A stretch of DNA of 64,000 bases, from the sequence record ON529852.1; one strand, written 5' to 3'. Under the pieces are notes generated by a model, which saw only the letters and a list, made by a program, of their open reading frames with translations, ran no database searches and was not told the DNA's origin. The position numbers and the translations under genes are program-made. Of this stretch, positions 54,507 through 62,090 are shown one piece after another. The first letter of the stretch is position 1, and each line of letters opens with the position of its first letter.

Positions 54507-54830
54507 ATGCGCTACACGCAAGAACAGATCGCCGCCCAGTCGCAACTGGTGACGGACGCCCTGGAGGAACTGACCGAGCATCAAGCCCGGCTCGCCCACA
54601 TGCTGAAGCAGAACGCCGCGCCGCTGAAGCCGGGGCCGAAACCGGCCCTGCTGAACATGTACGGCAAGCTGACCGAGTACGGCACGATGGTCATGTTCGG
54701 CATGTTCGCGGCCGGCGATCGCGATAGCGACATTGCAGCCCACTTTGAGATCACGCCCTCGGCCGTGTACGCGCGCCGTCAGCGCTGGGAGAGCGCCCAG
54801 CGCAAGAAGAAGGCGCTTCAGTCGGCCTGA
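54507..54830 (+). CDS. HTH DNA-binding protein
   Basis: GDRDSDIAAHFEITPSAVYARR; SD AAGGAG. Confidence 0.7.
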   Translation: MRYTQEQIAAQSQLVTDALEELTEHQARLAHMLKQNAAPLKPGPKPALLNMYGKLTEYGTMVMFGMFAAGDRDSDIAAHFEITPSAVYARRQRWESAQRKKKALQSA

Positions 54831-54840
54831 CGCAGCCTTC

Positions 54841-54977
54841 GTGTTGCCGTATCGGCTGATACGGCAACACGATCTTTACACGAGGCCGGACAGTATCCGG
54901 ACATAAGCGGACATCGTGGCCGTCCATATATGGACGTTTAACCCGCATAACGCCCCTCAAACGTCCATATATGGACG
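54841..54977. promoter_or_regulatory. 13-bp perfect hairpin plus two identical 16-bp palindromes CGTCCATATATGGACG
   Basis: Hairpin 54841-54870; palindromes 54921-54936 and 54962-54977. Confidence 0.7.
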
Positions 54978-55009
54978 GCAGGCTCGACAATCCGGACATT
55001 ATCCGGACA

Positions 55010-55540
55010 TCAGGACGGGCGAAGCTGGCTCAGCCGCATCTCGTCGATCCCCTTCGCCAGGGCGTAGTTGGAATAGGCGCGGTCCCCGGTGATCTCGGCG
55101 TCGACGGCTTCGGCGAACCAGGCCGGCATGTTGACGCCGTGGTTCTCGTCCGGCAGTTCGACCTCCAGGATCATCAGGTGGCGCAGGGCGGGGTGATCGA
55201 ACATGTCGAACTCCAGCGTCAGGTCGCCGTGCGGGATCGACCAACGCGTCTTCTCGATACAGGCGCCTTTTGTGTGGTGGATCGCCAGGTTCAGGTAGGT
55301 CATCCCGTCGATCTCGAACTCGATCTCATGGCTGGCGAAGGCCGAACCTTCGACGGGCCGCTTCATCGTCAGGTGATAGCGCGGGTTGAACAGCTTGCAC
55401 GAGGTCTGGCGGATGCGCACGATCCATTCGCCCGTCCCCTGGATGTAGGCCTGGGTGATCTTCACCATGCGGGCGGCGTCCAGGACGGCTTCCGGCGGCA
55501 GCGCCTTGAGCCGAAACCGGCGTTCGATCTCCACGCTCAT
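55010..55540 (-). CDS. CYTH-domain (triphosphate tunnel) protein
   Basis: MSVEIERRF, I.QAYI, VRIR, LTMK, EIEFEI, IEKTR, EFDMF, ILEVEL, YSNYALA. Confidence 0.9.
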   Translation of the reverse strand: MSVEIERRFRLKALPPEAVLDAARMVKITQAYIQGTGEWIVRIRQTSCKLFNPRYHLTMKRPVEGSAFASHEIEFEIDGMTYLNLAIHHTKGACIEKTRWSIPHGDLTLEFDMFDHPALRHLMILEVELPDENHGVNMPAWFAEAVDAEITGDRAYSNYALAKGIDEMRLSQLRPS

Positions 55541-56262
55541 GCCGGAGCCTGAGGCGCACGGCCGTAAGCGGTTTCCTGGATGTGGCGCAGGATGTGCGGC
55601 CGATACGCGTTCGCCGCCTTAGCCCCTGCGCCCGAGATTGCAGCGGTCGTGGGCCTGAACGTCATGTAGGCGCCCTGGGCGTCTGCCGCCGCGTAGTAGG
55701 GGTAGACCAGACCGGCCTGCATGGCGCCCGCGTATTCTTCATGGATGAACTTGCCGAACGACCCGAAGGAATCCGTGGCGTCGGCGCGCCGCAGCAGCAG
55801 GGCGTCGACCCGTTTGTTGAGGGGCTGACGCGCGCCTTCCCAGTTCCAACGCGACGCCATGCGCCGGAAGGCCAGGACCTGCGCGGGATCAGGGAGCGTC
55901 TTTTCGCAGGCGTAAAGCCGCCCTTTGAGCGTGACGCCCCAGAGGATGGGGAGCCCGCGCGTCGTTTCCGCCACCGCCAGGCGGCCGTCCTCCACGGCCT
56001 GGTCAACCAAACCTCGCAGGGCGGGATCGTCGCGCATGGGCGTGCAGTGGTCGTAGTCCGGGACCAGACCGGCGGTGTCGTCATGCCCGTCGGCGAATAG
56101 GTACAATGCGCCAGAGGCGGCGACCGCCGCCCACATGGCGTCGTCCTCCATCCGGGCGCTCTCGGGGTCCATGCCTTGCGGCGCGGGCGCGATGCCGGCG
56201 ACGGCCGGCAATCCGACCAGGGCGGCGAGCGCGGTGAAGACGGTGCGTCGGTTCAGGTTCAT
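55537..56262 (-). CDS. Exported protein with Tat-like signal (NRR..F), probably leaderless
   Basis: MNLNRRTVFTALAALVGLPAVA; TTGACA-17-CAGAAA then 6 nt to ATG. Confidence 0.6.
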   Translation of the reverse strand: MNLNRRTVFTALAALVGLPAVAGIAPAPQGMDPESARMEDDAMWAAVAASGALYLFADGHDDTAGLVPDYDHCTPMRDDPALRGLVDQAVEDGRLAVAETTRGLPILWGVTLKGRLYACEKTLPDPAQVLAFRRMASRWNWEGARQPLNKRVDALLLRRADATDSFGSFGKFIHEEYAGAMQAGLVYPYYAAADAQGAYMTFRPTTAAISGAGAKAANAYRPHILRHIQETAYGRAPQAPA

Positions 56263-56526
56263 GCCGCTTTTCTGCCTTGTCGATTTTTTCGTGTCAACCG
56301 CAACGGCGCCGGTTGACAGCAATCCCGGCACATGCGAGAAGGACCACCTCGGCGGCGCGGTCCCAGGACAGCGTCGTCGGGCGATCTCGACCGGCACACG
56401 GGCTTGGGAAGATCAGAGGAATAGATGGGGAACCACAGCAGCGCTCCGGCGGGCTGCCCGATCACCGCGCTATCCTTGCGGACCCCTCAGGGGATAGGCT
56501 CTGACGCCGCAAAGATGTCGAGAGGA

Positions 56527-56810
56527 CGGACCCTGCTGAACGGCGCTGTAACGCCGCCTCGGTAGGAACAAGGTCGAGCCGTATCGCCCTTCGGGCGCTG
56601 CATCGACTGGACCCCGCCCATTACCAGTATCGTAGGTGGCTAAGCGTTCGCCTCCCCCGTCCGGGACATGTACCGGCCGGACCGAGAGGTATTCGCGAGG
56701 CGAGCACGCCAGGGTTACGTCACCGAAGCCGGTTCACCCGCCCGGCGCGATCGAGGGTCCATGGCCCTCCTTACCAAACCCCCGTCGGCTCGCGCCGGCG
56801 GGGGTCTCTT
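56527..56810 (+). ncRNA. Candidate multi-domain RNA D
   Basis: Long-range helices GGACCCT/AGGGTCC, CTCGGT/ACCGAG, TTCGCCTC/GAGGCGAG; UUCG hairpin; terminator-like stem at 56777-56810. Confidence 0.5.
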
Positions 56811-56821
56811 CTTGAGGGCCT

Positions 56822-57040
56822 ATGCCGTACCAGATCAGAATCACCGCCGTCGATTGCGAAACCCTCTCGGGCCAGACAGGCCTCAAGGGGATGATCTCAG
56901 GCTTGCGCACCATGAAGGCCTGGGCCGAGGAACATACGCCGGGATGGACCTACATCGCGGGCCTTCAGCGGTTCCAATTCCAGACGGCGGAGGACTTGGA
57001 CCGGTTCGAAGCGACGTTCAAAAGCGCGCCGGAGGCCTGA
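56822..57040 (+). CDS. Hypothetical protein
   Basis: SD GAGG. Confidence 0.55.
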   Translation: MPYQIRITAVDCETLSGQTGLKGMISGLRTMKAWAEEHTPGWTYIAGLQRFQFQTAEDLDRFEATFKSAPEA

Positions 57041-57317
57041 CGAGTCTTCAAGGCTGAATCCGGACCGGACCTGAAGGTGCCGGGTCTCGTGATGATCCGG
57101 TCTGATTTTCCTGGTGTTTCCTGCGCCTTATCCCAACAATTTGTTAAGACCTCCGACGGCGCCTCCAGGCGGACTCGCTGCGCTGTTGTCGGGCGAGGCT
57201 TCCCTGCCGCCGGGGGATGGCGGAGCCTCGCGGCCGGAGCGTAATCGGGGGGCGTCATGCGCTCGCACAGGGAAGTGTCCTGCCAAGGACAAGGCTTTGT
57301 GGCACACTTGGGGCGAA

Positions 57318-57568
57318 ACGAAAAGCCCCGCCGGAGAACCGACGGGGCTTATCCACAAGGGAAGGTCCTAAGACCTCGCTCGGTGCCTCTTGCCTTACGG
57401 CTATCCCGCACAACGCGTGGACCCCTTACAGGGCGGGTGGACGCTTTTGCTCCGAAGAGCGCAACCGATCTATCGTCCGAAACAGGGTGAGACCTCGGCG
57501 GCCGCACGAGGTCTCGGGCGTTCTCAAGCCGGCGTTCCGATCCTCGTACTGACCGGCGATTGAACAGC
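57318..57568 (-). ncRNA. Candidate multi-branch RNA C (~250 nt)
   Basis: TTGACT-17-CATACT promoter (57573-57601); two GUAA and one UUCG tetraloop; terminator with U-tract. Confidence 0.65.
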
Positions 57569-57597
57569 CGGGAGTATGGCCCAGCTTGACTGTAAAG

Positions 57598-57942
57598 TCA
57601 AGACCGCGCGGCGAGGGAGCAGGCCATGGAGTTCGGATCGTAGTCGTTGGATCGGTAGCCTTCCGCAAACAGGTAGGTCTGGCCGCCGGTCTGGAAGGTG
57701 TAGACGACGCAATGTTCGCCCGTGAAGACCCGCGTCAGACCGACGGCGGCGCGTTCCTGGGCGGCCTTGTCAGCGGCGAAGCGCCGTCGTTCCTCGGCGG
57801 TCATCGGCCGGGTCTGATTCGGCCCCACGTCGACGAGGGTCGGGACGTGCTCGACCGGCGGCGCCGGGCTCTGCGACGGCGCATTGCAGGCGGCCGTCAG
57901 CAGCATGGCGGCGGCGGCGAGGATGAGTGTGGTCTTGGTCAT
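57598..57942 (-). CDS. Lipoprotein
   Basis: Lipobox LTAAC; paralog of 58388-58696. Confidence 0.75.
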   Translation of the reverse strand: MTKTTLILAAAAMLLTAACNAPSQSPAPPVEHVPTLVDVGPNQTRPMTAEERRRFAADKAAQERAAVGLTRVFTGEHCVVYTFQTGGQTYLFAEGYRSNDYDPNSMACSLAARS

Positions 57943-57998
57943 GGGGTCCTTTCGAGGGAGCGGCCGGGATTCCTCCCGAGGGCGGCTCCGAGATGGGG

Positions 57999-58325
57999 TT
58001 AGTCGTCTAAATCAGGATGCCAGCCTGCTGGACGCGGCTCCGGCTTCCAGCGGCGATCTTCCCCGGTCGGGAAGCCGAACTTCAGCACCATGTCGTAAGA
58101 GTCCCAGAACGCACGCGCCTGGGGATAGGCGACCAGCACCAGATACAGCGCCATAAGGCCGTTCAGTGCGGGGATCAGGAAGAACAGCATCACCGGGAAC
58201 ATCATCATAGGTTGGATGACCGCGTTGCCGTAATCAGACCGGCTCCACCAGTGGGCGCTTTGGATGATGAAGACCCCGCAGACGCACATAGGTGCGAGCC
58301 AGCAGATCAGGAATGGGACAGGCAT
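57999..58325 (-). CDS. Two-TM membrane protein
   Basis: Hydrophobic segments; SD GGAGG. Confidence 0.6.
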   Translation of the reverse strand: MPVPFLICWLAPMCVCGVFIIQSAHWWSRSDYGNAVIQPMMMFPVMLFFLIPALNGLMALYLVLVAYPQARAFWDSYDMVLKFGFPTGEDRRWKPEPRPAGWHPDLDD

Positions 58326-58334
58326 GGAGACCTC

Positions 58335-58391
58335 CTAGATGCAGATCAGCGCCAGGATGAAGGTGAAGATGAAGACGCGTAGCGCGATCAT
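58335..58391 (-). CDS. 18-aa hydrophobic peptide MIALRVFIFTFILALICI
   Basis: ATGA overlap with lipoprotein stop; fills the gap. Confidence 0.45.
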   Translation of the reverse strand: MIALRVFIFTFILALICI

Positions 58392-58696
58392 CGGGGCGCC
58401 GGAGTGATGGCGCAGCCGGCCCGAGAATAACGCTCGCTGGCCGCAACGAGATAGGTCTGCCCGTCGTAGGTAAAGGCCCCGATCTCGCACTCACTCACCT
58501 GCGCCAGCGGCGTGTAGGTCCACAGGGGGTCGCCGGCCGGCTTGTCTTCGGTCTGGATCGCCGCCTGCGACGGGCCAAAGGCCGCCGGCGCGGTCACCGC
58601 CGACGCTGCGGGCGCAGGGGCCTGGCCCGCCGGCTGGCAGGCCGCCAGTGCGGAGCCCATGGCGCCGGCGAGCAGGATGAGTTTGAAACGGGTCAT
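58388..58696 (-). CDS. Lipoprotein
   Basis: Lipobox LAAC; C.I..F...GQTYL motif shared with 57598-57942. Confidence 0.75.
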   Translation of the reverse strand: MTRFKLILLAGAMGSALAACQPAGQAPAPAASAVTAPAAFGPSQAAIQTEDKPAGDPLWTYTPLAQVSECEIGAFTYDGQTYLVAASERYSRAGCAITPAPR

Positions 58697-58732
58697 GAAA
58701 AAGTCCTCCAGGCGTTGTCGTCTGGAGGACTT

Positions 58733-58758
58733 GTAAAGGAATGATTTGAGGTGTCAAC
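58733..58758 (-). promoter_or_regulatory. Phage-type promoter (spacer 1 nt shorter)
   Basis: TTGACA-CCTCAAATCA-TTCCTTTAC, followed by an 11-bp hairpin covering the SD. Confidence 0.8.
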
Positions 58759-58828
58759 CCAGGAAGAAGCGGATCAACAGTCCGGCGGCCCCGAACAGGC
58801 CGAAGATCAGCACCAGGTCGAGCGCCAT
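58754..58828 (-). CDS. 24-aa hydrophobic peptide MALDLVLIFGLFGAAGLLIRFFLG
   Basis: Single TM; no clear SD. Confidence 0.35.
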   Translation of the reverse strand: MALDLVLIFGLFGAAGLLIRFFLG

Positions 58829-58854
58829 GCTCGGCGGCTTGTCTCGCTGAGGCA

Positions 58855-59352
58855 TCAGGCGCGGTTGAAGTTGAACGGGGTGAAGGGTCGCCCCTCGCCA
58901 GCGTCCAGCAGGGTGTCCAGCAAGGCCTGCCCCGCCGCCGACTGCGGATCGAGGTCGGCGCCGAAGCCGCTCGCATAGAGGTCCAGGGCCAGGAACCGCA
59001 GGTTGGCCTCGGTGTTGGCGACCGGCGCGCCCCGATCCATCGCGGTGTGATAGGCCTCGTGGGCGTCCTCGTCGTGGGGAACGGCGACCGTCGTCTCGGG
59101 CTCATCCGCATCAAGCAGCAGCGGAATGTCCGGGTCCAGGGTCAGACCGTACTGCTTGGCGAGCGCCCGCGCATAGGCTTCCGCGCCGGGCTCGTCGTCG
59201 TAGAAGTCGCGGCGCGCCGCCAGGGCGTAGTCGCGCCGCTCGTGGTCACAGGCCGGGGTGATCTCGGCGATGCCGATGCGGGACCGATCGCCACGCGGGT
59301 AGATGATGATCCAGGTGCTGGGGACGGGGTCCCGGTCAAGGAGGTCGGTCAT
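58855..59352 (-). CDS. Hypothetical protein
   Basis: Operon packing. Confidence 0.6.
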   Translation of the reverse strand: MTDLLDRDPVPSTWIIIYPRGDRSRIGIAEITPACDHERRDYALAARRDFYDDEPGAEAYARALAKQYGLTLDPDIPLLLDADEPETTVAVPHDEDAHEAYHTAMDRGAPVANTEANLRFLALDLYASGFGADLDPQSAAGQALLDTLLDAGEGRPFTPFNFNRA

Positions 59353-59768
59353 GCGGGCGTGTACGTCAGATGGAGGGGCTCGAACGACGGGTAGTCGACG
59401 CCGCCGCCCGTGGCGTTAGTCATCTGGGCCAACCCTTGCCGCTCCAGCAAAATGGCGGCGCAGACGGCCTCGGTACGGCTCATCCAAAACCCCTTCTGGG
59501 TGTTCAGGATGTCGTCGTCCAGTCTCACGGTCTTGGCGAGACCGGCTTCCCGCAAGGTCAGCCAGATCGCGCCGGCGGCCGTCGTCACCCAGCGCTTGTT
59601 CAGCACGACTTCCCTGATCTCGACGAGACCGCACCGCTCCAGCATGCGCAGTTGCGGCAGGCGGGCCAGGTTGATGGGGTGTCCCACCACGGACTCATCG
59701 CAGGCGTAGGTGTCGACGAGGTGGCGCAGGACGTCTACGGCGTCCCTCGGGTTGTCGGTCGTTCTCAT
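59349..59768 (-). CDS. Hypothetical protein
   Basis: SD GGAGG. Confidence 0.6.
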   Translation of the reverse strand: MRTTDNPRDAVDVLRHLVDTYACDESVVGHPINLARLPQLRMLERCGLVEIREVVLNKRWVTTAAGAIWLTLREAGLAKTVRLDDDILNTQKGFWMSRTEAVCAAILLERQGLAQMTNATGGGVDYPSFEPLHLTYTPA

Positions 59769-59777
59769 CCTGTCCTC

Positions 59778-60773
59778 CTAGTGATCGACGTCGCTGAAGA
59801 TGTCTTCGATGGATTCGCCTCGCAGGGCGAGCAGCCCGGCGGCGTTGGGCAGGATGTCGCCTCCGGAGATTCCGCCGGCCGAGGGCGCCCACCCTGGACC
59901 GGTGATGAACTGCAACCACTGCTTCGCCGACAGGCCGTCCGAGTAGCGCAGGGAGAGGGACATGTAATCCGCCAACACCTCCGGGGTCGAGAACACCGGG
60001 GAGATCGGCCCGTCCGAGACGGTCTGCCACATCTGCCAGCCCTCGCCCTCGGGCGGCTCGACGCGCACCCAGGCGTCGAGCGCCGCCTTGATCTGAGCAC
60101 TGTCGTAGACCGCGCCGGCATGGCAGTCGGGGTTGGGGCAGTCCCAGCTTTCGCCGGCCTCGCGGATCACGCGGTCCATGCAGGCGCCCATGCCGATCTG
60201 GCTGTGATTTAGGTTCATCGCTGAAAGCTGACGCGCCGTGAAGGACGGCGCGGGATCAAACGGAACCCAGACCTTAGCCTCGCGGTCGAACGCGCCCGTC
60301 AGATGCGGCGGGATGCCGTGCTCGGCCGCCAGGATGGCGTCCAGGTCGGCGTCGGACAGGCGATACATCCAGGACTCGTTGAACAGAGCCGCCAGGCGGA
60401 CCGATTCGTGCAGGATAGCCGCCCTCACTTCGGGGCGTGACAGATCATCCTGGGTCAGGGGCGTTTCATCGCGCAGGGCGCCTATGCGGCCGTAGACATA
60501 GTATCCAGGCGACTGCATGACGTTCTTTTGAGCAAATTGGCGCACTTCGGGGTCTTCGGCGGTCCAGCGGTGCGCGCCGGCCTCGTCGCCTATCCGGGTG
60601 TAATCCTCGCCTTGCCCATACCAGCGCTTCTGGAGGTGATTGGCGAAAGGGGATTGCGCCATGCCGTTGCAGACAGAGCAGTTGTGCACGCCGTCCGACG
60701 GACGGATGTAGCCTGCCCAGGCCGACATGGGGGCGTCGAAGTCCAGGGCGACGCGTTTGACTTCACGACCCAT
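59778..60773 (-). CDS. Phage protein with split CxxC/DnaJ-like Zn motifs
   Basis: MGREVKRVALDF, CSVCNG, CPNPDCHAG, EPPEGEGWQMWQTVSDGPISPVF. Confidence 0.75.
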   Translation of the reverse strand: MGREVKRVALDFDAPMSAWAGYIRPSDGVHNCSVCNGMAQSPFANHLQKRWYGQGEDYTRIGDEAGAHRWTAEDPEVRQFAQKNVMQSPGYYVYGRIGALRDETPLTQDDLSRPEVRAAILHESVRLAALFNESWMYRLSDADLDAILAAEHGIPPHLTGAFDREAKVWVPFDPAPSFTARQLSAMNLNHSQIGMGACMDRVIREAGESWDCPNPDCHAGAVYDSAQIKAALDAWVRVEPPEGEGWQMWQTVSDGPISPVFSTPEVLADYMSLSLRYSDGLSAKQWLQFITGPGWAPSAGGISGGDILPNAAGLLALRGESIEDIFSDVDH

Positions 60774-61420
60774 CAGCAAGACACTCCGTCATATTGACCG
60801 CCGGCATGGTCGGGGCTGACGCTGTCGCGCGCCGGCGCCTTAGGCTTCGGCAGGATCGCCAGTTCGGGGAAGTCGCGCCCGGCGACGAAGACAAAGTCGG
60901 GCTGACCCTGGGCGACGCGCCACATGGAATGCGCCAGGTCGTCGTGCAGCCTTTCGATCGGCAGGCCGTAACGGGCGCTGTAGGCGCGGTACTGGTCGTC
61001 GAACTGTTCGAACAGGGCCTTGACCGACGGGTCCGCCTGGAGCCGGCGATAGGCGACCGCCCGCGAATGCTGCATCACCGCGCGCATGTCGGAGACGGTG
61101 TATTGTTGATCTTGGGACAGATCGTGGTAGGGCGCTTCAGGCGCGGCGAAGATTTCTTCGATCATCTCGTCGTCGGTCCAGCGGAAGCGCTCGCCGTCCA
61201 TGACGAAATGGTCGACGCTGGACGACAGCAGGGTGCGGGCGCCGGGGTGCTTGATCTGAGCCGCATAGGCGATCTGCTGCGCCCGCATGTAGTCGACATC
61301 GGGCGCGCGGGAGTAGATGGTGAACTCACGCCCGCCGGGCAGGGTCAGGACGACGCCGCGATAGGTCGACTGATCGCCTTCATCATAGTCGATTGCGATG
61401 TGGAAGTTCGGCGTCGCCAT
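60773..61420 (-). CDS. Hypothetical protein
   Basis: SD GAGGAG. Confidence 0.65.
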   Translation of the reverse strand: MATPNFHIAIDYDEGDQSTYRGVVLTLPGGREFTIYSRAPDVDYMRAQQIAYAAQIKHPGARTLLSSSVDHFVMDGERFRWTDDEMIEEIFAAPEAPYHDLSQDQQYTVSDMRAVMQHSRAVAYRRLQADPSVKALFEQFDDQYRAYSARYGLPIERLHDDLAHSMWRVAQGQPDFVFVAGRDFPELAILPKPKAPARDSVSPDHAGGQYDGVSC

Positions 61421-61431
61421 GGGTCGCTCCT

Positions 61432-61629
61432 CTAGGGTTTGGCGGTCAGGGCGCAGCGCCGGCAGACATCTCCCTCGTAGACACGCTTCTCTTCGATGTT
61501 GTGCCACTCGATGGGGCCGCCGAACCCGTGGTTGGGCTCAGACTCCATCACCGAGATCGGCACCACCGAATAGCGGGGGCGCATCTTATGGCCGAAAACT
61601 CGGCACCACCAGGGGGTCTCCTGCGTCAC
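61432..61629 (-). CDS. Small Cys/His protein (C.VFGHK..CRRC)
   Basis: Start moved downstream of promoter 61652. Confidence 0.5.
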   Translation of the reverse strand: MTQETPWWCRVFGHKMRPRYSVVPISVMESEPNHGFGGPIEWHNIEEKRVYEGDVCRRCALTAKP

Positions 61630-61651
61630 GAACTGACCTTTCGAGGGTTCT

Positions 61652-61678
61652 GTAAAGGAATGTTTTGCGGTCGTCAAG
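61652..61678 (-). promoter_or_regulatory. Phage-type promoter
   Basis: TTGACG-ACCGCAAAACA-TTCCTTTAC. Confidence 0.8.
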
Positions 61679-61697
61679 CGCCCGCGTGCGCATCGCG

Positions 61698-62090
61698 TCA
61701 GCGCCGCCGTTCACCGACGACCAGCCGGGCGCGTTCCAACATTTCGGGCGCGCAGCCCGTCTCGCCGGCCGCCAGGCGCTCCGCCACGAAGGCGCGTCCC
61801 TTGTCGGTGGCCTCGTAGTCGCCCCGGCAGCCGCAGGGGCAGCCGTCAATCAGGCCGCGCCGGATCAGGTTCGCCATCTTGCCGCGCAACAGCTTTTCCG
61901 GGATGTCCTCGGGGAAGAGCGGCGCGACCGAATGGAACCAGAACTGGGGATCGGCGTGGACGGTGTCGGTCCAGCACCAGGTTCCCCAGACGCCGTCCAG
62001 GGCGGTGACGAACTGGACGATCGGAAGGTCGGGGATGTCCTTGAGTTTGCGCGGCATGGGGCCGGTCCAGTAGGAGACGAACGCAGTCAT
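61698..62090 (-). CDS. Hypothetical protein (GCPCGCRGD motif)
   Basis: KM.NLIRRGLIDGC.CGCRGD. Confidence 0.6.
   Translation of the reverse strand: MTAFVSYWTGPMPRKLKDIPDLPIVQFVTALDGVWGTWCWTDTVHADPQFWFHSVAPLFPEDIPEKLLRGKMANLIRRGLIDGCPCGCRGDYEATDKGRAFVAERLAAGETGCAPEMLERARLVVGERRR

Noticed and set aside
56576-56610. Group II intron domain V (GAGCCGTAT...)
   Set aside because: The closing TACGGTTC strand and domain VI are absent; no interrupted gene or RT
61630-61677. ORF-track N-terminal extensions through promoters (also 31064-31162, 42284-42499, 53766-54053, 11375-11587)
   Set aside because: They translate promoter DNA; downstream starts have SDs or leaderless geometry
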